A stretch of 64,000 nucleotides of DNA, taken from Phoronis australis. Its lineage: Eukaryota > Animalia > Phoronida. Both the position numbers and the translations under genes were made by a program. Position 1 is the stretch's first letter, and each line of letters starts with the position of its first letter. The notes under the pieces were generated by a model that made no database searches, was not told the DNA's origin, and saw only the letters and a program-made list of their open reading frames with translations. The stretch covers positions 196,707-260,706 of the forward strand of contig NMRA01000170.1 of the NCBI GenBank assembly GCA_002633005.1, in the 5' to 3' direction. This document shows, piece by piece, positions 12,129 to 24,632 of the stretch.

Positions 12129-15100
12129 TTAAGATGAGTTTGATGTGCAGTTTATCTCGTCACTCATGTCGAAACAGTCAATAACATTGTTACAGAGATA
12201 TTCAATCTTTACGCAGGCCGAAGTGGTGGCGCAAAGGAATTCATCCGCCTTGTGGCAAGAGGAAACCGGGGTGGGACAATGCAGCTCGTCGCTGTTGTCG
12301 AAACAATCCCTAATTCTGTCGCATTCATATCTGATGTCAATGCAGGCGCCGTAATCACACCGAAACTCGTCGTTTCTGCATTCAGTGTTAGAGCAGTTTC
12401 TTTCGTCGCTAGAGTCGGGACACTCGGGTTGTCCATTGCAAACGTATCTGTCTTGAACACAAAGACCGCTTTTACATTTGTACATTCCATCTTCCAAGGG
12501 ACATTCTGGAGCTGAGCATAGCCTCTCGTCACTTCCGTCAACACAGTCGTCCTCAGTGTCACAAACCCATGCCCTGACAATACATTCAGTTGTTTTGTTG
12601 TCAGCGCACTGCCACTCGTCCTGATCACAAGGATCACAATAACTTTCATCGCTCCCGTCCCTACAGTCTAAATATGCGTCACAAGTGATGTTTCCCAATG
12701 TTCCTAGGTCAATACACTCGCCGTTCGTGCACTCATGCTGTTCAGGAGAACATCTTGGCGCGGAAGTCTCAGTATCAACAACAGAAGTGACCATGCTGCT
12801 CAGTGGAGCCCTAAGGTTTGGAGAAGGTGTAGCGGTCGTATCTGGATGAGTCGAGATAGAAGGTCTTCTTTCCGTCTGCTCTGTGTTGGTAGAAACTTCA
12901 GAATTGATCCCTGAAACGTGTAAATTGTGATTGTCAATTTTAGAGAAAAAAATCAGGGTCTAGCTTTAACCAATACATGCGCACACCCAGCCTTCAATAT
13001 GGGGGGGCTCGAATTCCTGACTCTGTGGACCTCTTGGTAACAAAAAATGGGCGGACCAAAAAAAAACGGAAGCATCACTGTAAATTATGCGTTTGCGCAT
13101 GTTTAATGGACTTATGCCTCATTTTCTCGAACTTTTTGTAGCTCAGAGGCGGACCTTTTTGCCCACTTCGCCAAATGGGGTAGCTCGTTGGAGCCCCCCC
13201 GAGCCCCCCCCCCCGGGTGCGCGCATGCAATAGGAGCTTTGGAAGTCCCAACAGAGTTGGAAAACCTCCTTCGTACCGGACATTTCCGAAAGAGTCCTCG
13301 CCAACATAAATCCGGATGGCTGCTATTTCACAAACTAGGAACGAAAAATCACCCAAGTAAGGCTCTTTATTTCAAGATTGTTTTAAATTTCTGGCACGCA
13401 ACAAATGTATGGAAAATGAGGCAAAATATTATTGTTTCCTCAATGTTGGTCCTTATAAACTATTTCGAATTGAAGCATGCCATGTCAATGGAGTCGTCGC
13501 TGGACTACTCATACACTACGTAAGCCAAAAGCTGTGGACAGCGTGAAACTTGGCTGGTATTTCGAATCAACCAAAGTTAAAAGCTTGGTAAAAACAAATC
13601 ACTACGTCCGACTCCACCATCATTGAGTGGTGGTAAGCAATACAAGTTTCCCAAAGATTTCAACCAAACATCATAATCATCATCATCATCATCATCATAT
13701 CATCATCATCATCGTCGTCGTCATCGCCATCACAGCAGGTTTAACTTACCGTACAATGTCCCCATGCTGAAAGTTGCTCCAACGATGGCGAGCACAACAA
13801 TTATTGTCACCAACGTCACCAGTGCGCATGTACCGCATTTCGATGTACCATTCATACTGTCTGAAGAAGTTTCATTTACTGTTCTCATAGCATGAGACGA
13901 TCCGTTTGCTTTGCGGAGGCCGTTGTCTGAGTCATCAAATACCGCTAGCTGTAAAACGACGAAATTTAATAACCCTTACACGCTTTCGTAGAAATTCCTA
14001 CGTCAACACAAACTCGTCTTTCACATAATCACGAAAATTATTTGCGGATTGGAATATTCTGAAGACGTAGTCTGAGCTTTCCGTTGTAAGATTAATCTTT
14101 AAAATTTTCTTTATCTTAGGAAAATCTTAGGTCTTCCCCATGTATCGATATTTTCCTCATTCAATTAATTTTGTCCTTAGTTTTTTCGTAACTTTAAGGA
14201 AACTCGACAAATCTTTAAAGCATTTCGGGAAAATCATAAAACAGTGCCAAAAACGCGAGGAATAGGTAAAAATTCTCGCTTCGCTTCAATTTTTTCATGA
14301 ATTTTGTATCAGCAGGCTTCGAAATGTCTCGTGTGTGTTCACTAAAGTCCAAAAATAGTTCACCAGACATTGTTCAAGTGATTTTTAGCAAATAAACCCT
14401 CGAGAAAGTTTGACGTGACCCATGTTTTCTTCTCTCAAGCCACTATTTATGTTGGCAAAACAACATCTGAACAAAGTAGCATACCACTCAGTCCGTCTTC
14501 TGTCATTTAAAAACGATGTGACACATTTTATTTAATTTCAATTGTTCGATTTAATTTGTGAAGAGTATACTCATTCCTATCTACAAGAAAGGAGACAAAA
14601 ATAACCCAAATAATTACAGGGGAATTTCTTTAATTGATAGTATAAGCAAGCTGTTTACATCAATATTAAACAAAAGGCTCATTGAGTGGTCGGATGCAAT
14701 GCAATATATCCCTGAGGAACAAGCCGGATTTAGGGCGGGTTATTCGACCGTGGATAACATTTTTGTTCTGCAAGCTTTGGCCCACAGAAATTTATGAAAA
14801 AGAGGTGGAAAAATGTACTATGCCTTTGTGGACTTTAGCAAGGCGTTTGACAGTCTGGAAACTACACGTCTGTTTCATTGTTTGTTAAAAAATCATCTCC
14901 ACGGGAAAATGTTCAATCTCCTGAGGAATATTTATGCTGAAGTGAAATCTTGCGTGAGAATACAGAGCCAAATGACACCCTATTTTGAATGTAAGAGAGG
15001 TGTGAAACAAGGGTGTATACTGAGTCCTTGGTTATTCTCTGTTTTTGTTAGCGGACTGGTGTCAGAGATCAAAGAAAATGGAGGACGAGGTATCAAGTGT

Positions 15101-18100
15101 GATGATTGTGAATTAAGTTCGTTACTGTTTGCGGACGATTTGGTGCTTGTGGCGGACACAGTGCCTGGACTCTAGAGGAAATTAAATGTATTGCACAACT
15201 ACTTTGTGGATTGGAGTCTTTGTGTTAATCTTGATAAGACAAATATTGTTGTCTTCAAGAGAGGTGGGACTCTGTCGATCGGCACAGGAAAAGTGGTTCT
15301 ACAATAAGAAATTGCTAGAAACGAAATCTTATTACAAGTATCTTGGTGTGACATTTGCTTGCAGATTAAAATGGAATGAAAATTGTAGAATACCAGCTTT
15401 ACAAGCTAGAAAAGCAATGAACATGTCAAAAGCATGTTTAACCAAAGTGAAGTGTAGATCCCCACATTAAATTGTTTGATAGTATGGTAGTTCCTATATT
15501 GTTATATGGTGCCGAGATATGGGGTACAGTATATTCGAAAGACATAGAAAGTGTTCACAATGATTTCTGTAAATGGGTTGCTGGTGTCCAAAATAAAACA
15601 AGTAACGTTATGGCCGACTTGGCAACTGAACGAATTACTGTTCGAAAAAAGTTTGATTGTGGGACTGTCTAGTATTTGTTCGAGGTGGGAAGAGTTGAAA
15701 GGTGCCACTCTATGCGCAAAATGTACTTATAGCAACATGAGTTTGAAGGTTTAATCAGTGTGAAGCATAAGTCGCCGAAAAGCTTCCGACGTATGGAGGG
15801 CCTATGAGGTTATCACCATCTCTACTAGGGCCAGTTGAAACGGCGACACTGTATAGTGGCAATGAGTGACAAAGAAAAAAATACGCAAGTTTCTTGCCAA
15901 AACATCTCAATTTCCGTAATATTTCACGAAAGCAATAAATCTGAGTGTTCCATCGAAAACTGATATCCCGGAGTAAAATACACAGACTCCCGACCCTTCA
16001 AAACAGCTAACCAGTCCGAAAAACACTAACCCCAACCTTTAAAACAGCAACCCCGAGGATCAGACAGGACACCCGTGGACCGAAACGCCACGAACCCTAA
16101 AATACGGCCAATTGTAAAGATATTTAAAGGCGAAGGCAACCTTTTTTCATGTCACTTTTAGCAAAAATAAGGTTCATTGGTTATCCCAGATATATTTTAC
16201 ACTTAATTGTAATTTTTCGTAATTTAATTAATTACTCGTCCTCTACTCCGGAATTGACGTTTTGGGAGGCAAGAATTTCGCGTCAATTTGGCTCTGCGTT
16301 GAGTTTAGTGTGAGGATTTGTATTACTTTTGTTTTCGGGCTGTTTTTCTAAAGTTGTTGTCACCACTTCCCATCGACGAGTTTTCTACGACAAACTAGGT
16401 TGTTAGAGAACCCAATTACGTTGGATTTAGGGATTCTTTAGTTTGTATTAATCTGAAATTAACTGGAGTCGGCGACCCATATCACATTGGCAGTAGTGAC
16501 GTGAGTAACGGAGACATTGTTCATATAGCAGTGGTGACGAGGAAATATTTCACGGACAGTCAGTCGGTGGGTATACTTTGTATGTTTGACCCCGAGTATA
16601 ATGAGGCAGAGTATGCACAGGCACAACTGTCCCACTAGCCGCAGTGTCCCGCGACACACTCCCACTGGATGGTGACCTGAGCACCCAAAATGCTTACATC
16701 CCGCAGTGTGACTCCCTCGCCACACACCTGACACTTTCTAAATAGCTCCAATACTTTAGACAAGTCCACAATAAACTTATCAAAGTTTGGCTCACCGATA
16801 TGTTCGTTGGACTGGGTGTCGAACTGGGCCTGTATTCACTCCCACAACTCAACATCGCTGCAGGACTGCTTACAGGCTCTGTGTTAGAAACAACAGCACA
16901 GGGCTAATCACTGCTAGTTCCCAGAATTGCACGCTCTGTGCCTTCGGAGGCACGGGTGACAGTAGATGAAGTGCCTCCAGTCACTGTAGTGGCCATAGAT
17001 CGCGAGGCTTCTCGCTTCAAAAACGCGCTTCTCGGGGGTGGCGACGGAGCACTGCCGGGAATCAACAGCTACGGAATCGCACCCTTCTTCAGGCGTTGTT
17101 TCGCAGAGACCTTTATCAATTCAGCGTACATATCTCTCTCGTATACTGACGGCAGAAAATGCCACACACTGGGTAACCCGCCACTGCTTTGAAAGTTGCG
17201 TTGACGGGTAACGCTGCGTTCTTCACACGAGCGAGCCAAGTTCGGCGTAGTGTGTTATCCTTTGGAAAGCGATGCAAAGCCTGGTATTCCCAAAGCGCGC
17301 GTGAGACGATAATGAGTACTTCCCGGTACACAGCAACAGTGTGGCATGCTGTCTGACTTTGTAAACACAAGGAAACGACGACCGAACTCATCACAACCGA
17401 GGTAGAACAATGACTGACTCGACAGCTCTCACAGTCAGACTATATGAAAAGAAATTGGCGCGAAATTCTTGCCTCCCAAAACGTCACTTCCGGAGTAGAG
17501 CACGAGTAATTAATTAAATTCCGAAAAGCTGTAATTAAGTGAAAAATATGTCTGGGATAACCAACGAACCTTATTTTTGCTAAAAATGACACGAAAAAAG
17601 GTTGCCTTTGCCTTTAAAAGAATTAATCAACAATGGCACTCGAAAGTCGAAATAATATTTTTTGTTTTTCAATTTCTAAAATATTTTCGGAGAAACTATC
17701 GAATAATCTGAAATTATCTAAATATTTACCGAGATACCCACATTTTGAGAGAATAGATTATGCTGAAATTCGCCCACAGACAAGTTGCACGAGTTTTACC
17801 GATAAAAATCAAAGTCAATATAATATAAGTTACGTTTTACTGACAACAGTCTCAGAAAATTTGAAAAATTGTCCGAGTTTCCAGTCCGATCCCCGGGGCT
17901 CCTGTTTTAGAGGTCGGGGTTCGTGTTTTACGGGTTGGTTAGCTGTTTCGAAGGTGCGGGAGTCTGTTTTCGACTCCGAGATATCTGTTTTACACCGGGA
18001 TTCCCGTATGGAACACCCAGCAAATTAGAGGAATGCTTCCATTGGAAATATTCAAAGCAAACAGGAATCACTGAGAGTTTGTGAAATCAACGCAAGAATT

Positions 18101-21100
18101 TTTTTCAGGATTTTGCCCCAAATCATTTTTCATATTAGAAAAAAAATGACAGCTAAAAATTTTATAACTGGGATGTCGATTGTTTCCACTGAGAGCAGAC
18201 TACAATGATGTCAACCTGGTAGTAGCTAATTTGACCCCCCCCCCCCTCATGGGCTCCATTAATTTTGTGTGCAATGGGTAGCATTAGGGGGCCACGACAT
18301 CCCTATTCATTTCAAAATGAGACCTCCCCAGTCATAACTCAATCAATTTTACATTAGCTCCCTTCCCCCGTTCATTGCAAAGTGTCCTTAGGTTGAACCC
18401 CCCCTCGCGTCGACAACCATTTACCCCATTTGACACCATGCTAAATACCCATGGCAACGACAAAGGTGACTGGGTCAAGCTTCTTAACAATTCGGAATCA
18501 CGGATATTACCTTGGAAGTTTCAGTTATCTTGACCACAATGCACTTTTGATCTATGATAAACATCAGTGGTTGAAAATGTACATCAGATTAGCTAACTTG
18601 ACTTGTTCGTCTCGAATGTTTTAGTTGAATGTTTTTCGTAGACAATCATCAACCTTCAGTATGAACACGTCCAACAAGTTGAAGTCATCTTCCAAGAGCG
18701 CCAAATCTACACAGATCATAGTCTGTGATTTTTCTGTTGACCATAGCGCCACCAATTAACTGGGCGTATATGTAGTCGAACCTCTAAACAAGTGTAACAC
18801 AACGCATACGCAAGCGCACCCCGGCCAACCCACGATCGAGGACACCCGGAAGGCGATCGAGAACGAAATTTGTCGCGAGAAGCGAAGCCAGGCAAGGTGA
18901 GTAAATTTTGTGAATTTTCGTTGTTTTTACTTCTAATGTGAAAACAGAGACATGAGTTCAAGGCGTAACAAATTGAGGAAGGGCAGGTACAGGCTTAAGC
19001 TAGTGTCTCTTCCAATTATTGGAGGAAAGTTACGTTGACCGAGGCATCGCATGAGCTGAAGGTGATTTGTATGTCATTTTGGCAAATTGTAGTTATTTTT
19101 GGCACTAAATCAATAAATTGAAGTTATGAAGAAATGTGTAATTATATAACGCAACACTTGTTTGTAGTTTTGTCAGGATCTTTGATTTTTTGACACTTTT
19201 CTGTTAAAAGATGCGATCGAGAACGCATCGTGGTGTGTCGAACAGTAATTAACTTTTTACTTACAAAACGTGAAAAGGTTACAAAATAAGTGTGGTGCAA
19301 TGAATTAGTCACATTTTACGTAATTACTGTGTTATTTTCGTATCAAAACTAAACAATATCATAGCATAAATCTCCATGAGCACTGCGTATATATCAAGCT
19401 TACTATTTTAGCTATAGATATTTTCACAAAAGAATTTATTTTCTTTTCAGGAAACAAGTTCACTGGCGAGCTTCAACGATCATGTTACCCACGACATGAA
19501 GGTACACCCTACCAGGGTTTTGAAATACAGACATCTACTTTTAGACGAAACCTCTGGGAACAAGGAGTTCTAAACTGAAGACTCCCGCAAGAGTTGTTCC
19601 ATGTGGCGTGTCAGCCAGCGGTAAACAAATTGCTGCAGCAGATGAAAGAGAGTGTAGAATTGTCTTCCAAAATTGTGACAGTCAGTGAAGTCATAGAATG
19701 ATGATAAGCTTGCCATGGGGAGAGAGAGGAGTGCTGCAACGCCATTCACGAGATGATTCACAGATTCCCACTCATGAACGTCTGGAATCTAAAAATTGGC
19801 CTGGAGTTGTGTCAACTGATGTGCTGATAAAACGGGTGGGATTTTATTTGATGTTTTGCTGATGACATCGATACAGAGATGAACATATTGACTTTTGGCA
19901 CCCTTGTGGCTTGAATGTACGTTGTGTTTGACTCTTCTGTTTTGAAGTCATGTCCTAAGTTCACCATGCATCTTCAGTTCATGATCTCCAGTTTCATGTG
20001 ACATTGAAAAAGATTGAGACAGTTATAATACACGTGCTATATTGTGATTTTCTCAAAACGTAGTCAACATGTTGTCTTTAACATTACTTCAACTACACAC
20101 TGTGGTGATTTACACAGGAAATCAACAATATTATAGCATTTCTATTATGATATTAATCTTTTATCACACATACCTCAAAATTGGTCATACAAAAATATAT
20201 GAAATATTGCTTTAGAGAAATCAACATTACAAATCCACTGAACATTACTTACGAAATACTTTTGGTATGTAGTATTAGACTAAATCATCACTGAATCATA
20301 GACAATATATTTCGGATTGATTGATAGTATTATGATAATCTATCACAGGAAATCAGCAACAATATGAAAGCAATTTCTACAATAATCATAGACATATATT
20401 TTCTTTTAAATTCTAATTGGTCAGAACAATTTTATGTAAGTATTGCCCACTGACACATAGTATTGCCATTTAAATCTAACTAAACAGCACAAAAATGCAC
20501 TGGTTCTCTTAAAGATCCTGTTGAAATAACACAAATATAGAAAGAAACTTGAGGAAAAAAGGTTCAAAAAACGTCAAAATGCTATCACAACTACCAACCA
20601 TAAACTCTGTAAATCTGAATAAACTATAGTGACTTAATAACTTTCACCACTGGACGTAATGATTTCATTCATGAGGTTTCTGCTTCTTATGCCTGTAGAA
20701 GGAGGCATACTGTTTGCATGACATGCCACATTCACCACAAAAGGAGTGTCCTCGTGCTATGACGCAATGTGTCGCGTAAGCTCACTCTTTCCGTGATACA
20801 TTGATCACAGGTAGGACACTGAATTGACTTGGTTCCTGAGCACGATGCTTCATGTTGTGTTTTCCTATAACGGTAAACGGGTCTTGACGCATGCAACGCG
20901 TCTCAATCCCAGGGCTGGTAAAGGTCTTGCTTGCTGTAGTGTCACTGTGTTTTATTGCCACGTGGTCATACTAAGTCGATTTCCTAGTTCCTGAACGAAG
21001 CTCCACAACATACATACACTCCTTTGTGAATATTACTCTTTTTTTTGAAGGCGTGGACGTTAACAACCTGAAGGACTAGTCGTGTGGCTACAGTTCAACT

Positions 21101-22685
21101 GAAAAATCAAACGCATTCAGTTGTACGTTTGTTAGGCTAAATATATCTCACACAGAAATCGTGACAAAACGATGAAATATAATTAATAATTAACCCATCA
21201 ATCAACTCAGGTTCCGTATTATGCTAAAAATTATTGACATAATATCCCAACTTGAAGCACTATTCAGGCCAATGCAGAGAAAAAAAAAGTGCGTTCACGA
21301 TCGCTTTTTTGAACTCACGATCGCCATAAAGAATTAACGACTTCGTTTCCGATTGCCGTCTCACACGAGGACCTGCTTGTAGTGGTAAATACCTCGAATT
21401 GTTTCGCAAATCATAACTAACAAAGGTGTCACCAGGGACGATTAAACTATAAACGTCACACGTCTCTACTTAAGAACCCTGGAATTGCTAATAACAGTAG
21501 AAATTGTCGATTTTACGAGGCGCAAGGCATTTTACCGAAAGTCATTGCTTTCTTAGCTCTTTATTTTAAAAAACAAGCAAAAGCCAAGTATCATTTCAGA
21601 TCCACAACAAAGGCTACATTCTGACGCTTTTCTGTGTGGAGCATTCGTACCAAAGTAGCATTCATTTAAGAAGAAAATGACACTTAAACTCACCGGGTAC
21701 GTCACTGTCGTCATCCATTTTTGGTGTAAGGTCTCGTTCTCGATCGCCTTCCGGGTGTCCTCGATCGCGGGTTGGCCGGGGTGAAGCGTGAACCTGTGAC
21801 ACGAGTTCGCGTTCGCATCTGACGTGTAGTCGAAGTTCTTTATTTCTGTTTTACCCTTTGTTGGCATATTGATAAATGCTCTACATTTCAATTCCAGCCA
21901 TCAATTAAAGAAAAATTCGTTGAATTCATTGAAATCCGTTTTCAAATATTATGAAGAAAATGTCGTCGTCTCCAAACTCAGTCATAATTGCAATAGACTT
22001 TTCGTTGGACATATTTCGATTTTTTAATCAACACTGTCACGAAAGGAAATCACTCATTTCGTATTCAGTCTCTGAAATAGTCTCAACAATAAAGTTAAAA
22101 TCGTTACGCTTTTGGTCTTATTATAATTACATGCATTATTACATTCAGGAAAATTGGGATAAAGCATAGAAATGTATTTGCACTGGTATTAAGATAGGAG
22201 CAAGTTGAAATTATTGTGTCATTTGTACAAATATTACAAGCCTCGTCAGTTCTGTAGTTGGGCTTAGATATATGTTGTCCGCTACCGATACGTTATACAC
22301 AGGCTGTAAAATATGTTTCGTTTCTTCTAGGATATTCTGAATTAAAGGTTTCGTTGATAGAGCGGAACTTTCTGCTAACCGTGCGCTTTAAGAATTTTAT
22401 AAACGTTTCTTGAAACAAAATTTTCATCACTTGCATTTCAACGTATTAAGGACTTATCATAGGTATCTTGCAAAACAATTTGTGAGTGAAATGAGACGTT
22501 ACTTTGTCATCTAGTTTCATATCTAGTAGCCAGTCGTCCAAGAAACTGACAACACTGACAGCAGGCTCACACTTGGCAATTTACTTCTGTTAACTCACTT
22601 CATGTAATAATGATTTTATTCACAAAAAGCTTACACTTACGTCTACAGCAGCACATCGTATCACGTTCTTCGGTTGGTCCGCCAT
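12129..22685 (-). CDS. Type II single-pass membrane protein with a Ser/Thr/Pro-rich stalk and 5 LDL-receptor class A repeats (about 341 aa)
   Basis: Exons 22685-22641 (MADQPKNVIRCAAVD, gtaagt, phase 0), 13948-13750 (LAVFDD...CALVTLVTIIVVLAIVGATFSMGTLY, TM helix, gtaagt, phase 1) and 12910-12129 (GINSEVST...stalk, then five 6-Cys repeats ending DGSDE, DGSDE, DSSDE, DNSDE and DMSDE, then stop). All phases are compatible. Exon 1 is less certain than exons 2-3. Confidence 0.85.
12976..13227. mobile_element. MITE with a 5-bp TSD (CAATA)
   Basis: Termini catgcgcacaccc...gggtgcgcgcatg, with caata on both sides. Lies in intron 2 of the LDLa gene. Confidence 0.75.
13669..13731. repeat. (CAT)n/(CGT)n microsatellite
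   Basis: catcataatcatcatcatcatc...atcgtcgtcgtcatcgccatc. Confidence 0.85.
14558..15750 (+). mobile_element. Decayed non-LTR retrotransposon (LINE) ORF2 reverse-transcriptase fragment
   Basis: RT motifs IPIYKKGDKNNPNNYRGISL, EEQAGFRAG, FVDFSKAFD, GVKQGCILSPWLF, LLFADD, YKYLGV and PILLYGAEIWG, broken by stops and frameshifts. 5'-truncated and antisense within intron 1 of the LDLa gene. Confidence 0.92.
15941..18020. mobile_element. TIR element (arms about 140 bp) interrupted by the Kolobok-like insertion
   Basis: ctgagtgttccat...agactcccgacccttcaaaacagctaacca (15941-16012) is the imperfect reverse complement of tggttagctgtttcgaaggtgcgggagtct...atggaacacccag (17936-18020). TSD unresolved (taaat/caaat). 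Confidence 0.65.
16128..17613 (-). mobile_element. Kolobok-like non-autonomous DNA transposon with a decayed THAP gene (copy 2)
   Basis: TIRs of about 160 bp (aggcgaaggcaacctttttt...aaaaaaggttgcctttgcct) with ttaa on both sides (16124-16127 and 17614-17617). The minus-strand THAP from ATG 17347 reads MPHCCCVPG../LHRFPKDNTLRRTWLARV...VCG/HF...RLKKGAIP*, with frameshifts and a stop. TTAA TSD, RR...YY ends and a THAP domain are Kolobok hallmarks. Confidence 0.85.
18817..21783. mobile_element. 2967-bp TIR DNA transposon with CAC...GTG termini and a 5-bp TSD (AAGCG); Transib-like end structure, apparently non-autonomous
   Basis: TIR caccccggccaacccacgatcgaggacacccggaaggcgatcgagaacga versus tcgttctcgatcgccttccgggtgtcctcgatcgcgggttggccggggtg (one mismatch in 50 bp). 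aagcg at 18812-18816 and 21784-21788. Confidence 0.85.
20670..21020 (-). pseudogene. Decayed C2H2 zinc-finger array inside the CAC-ended transposon
   Basis: Minus strand, read across frameshifts and stops: YVCCGASFR/RKST*YDHVAIKH; ...VYRYRKTQH; QCPTCDQ/YHGKSELTRHIAS*H; F/CGECGMSCKQYASFYRHKKQK. Confidence 0.6.
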
Positions 22686-24037
22686 GCTGAGCTGTCAAAT
22701 CATATTAAAACTTTTAACCAAGCAGAGAAACTTATATGATTCACTCACGCTATTCCTATACGCGCTTTTCTGATTACGCAGGTGTTTCCATGTGCACGTG
22801 CAAAAATTGTTTTTTGCTGCGTTATTGTCATTATTTATTACACGCCCTGTGTCCGCTTCACGAAAATTGTTAGCAGTTTTAACGGAGTATTTCGCTCCTG
22901 TCTGCTCACGGCTGTAAACATGAATGTTATAAAATAGGTCGATAAAACGGGCAGTAAGAAGCAAATTAAACGTAAGTGGAAGTTGAATTTTACCAGCCAC
23001 AATCATTTAAATTCAGTGACAAATTGTCTGATATGACCTCTACACCGCGTAAGATAGGTATGAGACCAACGCTATTCAATGGAGCTGCATCGGCCTTTAT
23101 CAAACCAAGGAGTTAGGTCAAAGATCTTTGGTTTGGTGTATGTTTTCCCCGGACACTTTAAAAAATGCAAATTCTTGCTAAAAACAGGAAAAATATCACC
23201 GAAAGCACATTTTCCATGAACAACACCACTTATAAGAATAAAACGAAAGGTGCAATTTTTCATTACATTTTTGTTTTTTAACAAAAAACCAACCTTTCAA
23301 GCAATTTTCATTGTATTATAATTGTACACTGTTGAACTATCTTAATCTGATTGTGATTTAGGATTAAACATTAAAACTCCAAAACTGTGGTACATGTTGA
23401 TCAATATTCAATGTTTGGCCTGCTGCATGTGTCTCAATGAACGTGGAATAGCACAAGCTGTTTTCTCCATCACTTAATATATTTTCACGAGGCTCACTCA
23501 AATTGTTCCAAAGGCATTACTGTTCATTGTAAATGGCGTTTTATTTCAGTGTGAAGAAGGACCGTAGGAGTCACGGGGAGGTATAATTGCTGACTGACGG
23601 GCGAGTATGCTGGAGTTAGACGAAGTTTGTGGTGCTGAATATTGACACCCTTCTATATGGCTCTGGGTCATGACCTGATTCAGATATGGACGGGTATCTC
23701 AAATAAAAGTCGACTGATTGGTATTTCCAGAATTAAGATCCGCTTTCATCTTGTTTATTTGTCTAATATTTGTCTCACAATTCCTACTTTATCATACTTT
23801 TTGTTAACGAAATATCACCACCCTTCCTTACTGCAAACAATGAAACCGCTTGAAAATCTTAAATTAATCATTCGTTTAGTTTTTACATCAAAAGTTTCAT
23901 GTATTTGTAATTTAAAGTACTTTTATGTTTTAATACCACTAGATAAAGCTAAAAACTATAAAACGCTTATTTTTTCTATTAATGTGTCCTATTGTGCTCG
24001 TTTAATTTGCTTAATGAATGCTTAAATATTTCTAGTG

Positions 24038-24248
24038 CATGTGAGCCCCCTCGTTTAGCAAAGTGGGCAAAAAGGTCTGCCTCAGAGATTAAAAAAGTCC
24101 GGAAAAAGTAGAAAACGAGACAAAAAGGCACACTAAAAAGGAAGAACTTCGCACAACTCATACCTCTAAACGTATCCCGTTTTTTTTAGTAAAAGATCCA
24201 CATTCTCAAAAATTTGACCCCCCCCCTTTTAGGCTGGGTGCACGCACG
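24038..24248. mobile_element. MITE with a 5-bp TSD (TAGTG), CATG-ended family
   Basis: Termini catgtgagccccc...tttaggctgggtgcacgcacg, with tagtg on both sides. The right end matches 11641-11661 and the reverse complement of 12976-12992. Confidence 0.65.
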
Positions 24249-24632
24249 TAGTGTTTCTGTTCAGATATTTGGGACAATATTTTTGTCAATGATACATTCA
24301 TTCTATACGAACTCCGAATTTCAACATATTGCGCAAATTTAAACACAGAATTTGTTTTAAATGTACCTATAAAGGAAGTGGAAAACGACAAAATAAAGTT
24401 GCCAGGTGAAAGTACTGGCCAAAAGTTTTTTTTTTAACTCCTGCCGTTTCGTTGTTCCTCGGCCCAATTTTCTGTCTATTACAACCGAGCTCTACTGCCC
24501 ATTGAAGGGAACCTCGCCTGTGGCCATCCACCGGTACAGCGCGAACAAGAGCTGCTCACCCCTCAGCTATATTGAACGCGTCCATCAAAGAACCCGGATT
24601 TTAGATAATTGAGTTCACATCGGTGTAGCGTC

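Noticed and set aside
2267-12910. LDLa repeats upstream of a same-strand GPCR as one GRL101/RXFP-like receptor
   Set aside because: The LDLa exon ends in a stop, no LRR exons are seen, the LDLa gene has its own N-terminal TM, and the GPCR has its own ATG and no LGR-type features.
18510-18706. Exon-like segments on the minus strand in intron 1 of the LDLa gene
   Set aside because: Both contain stops in the phase 0 frame required by the flanking exons.
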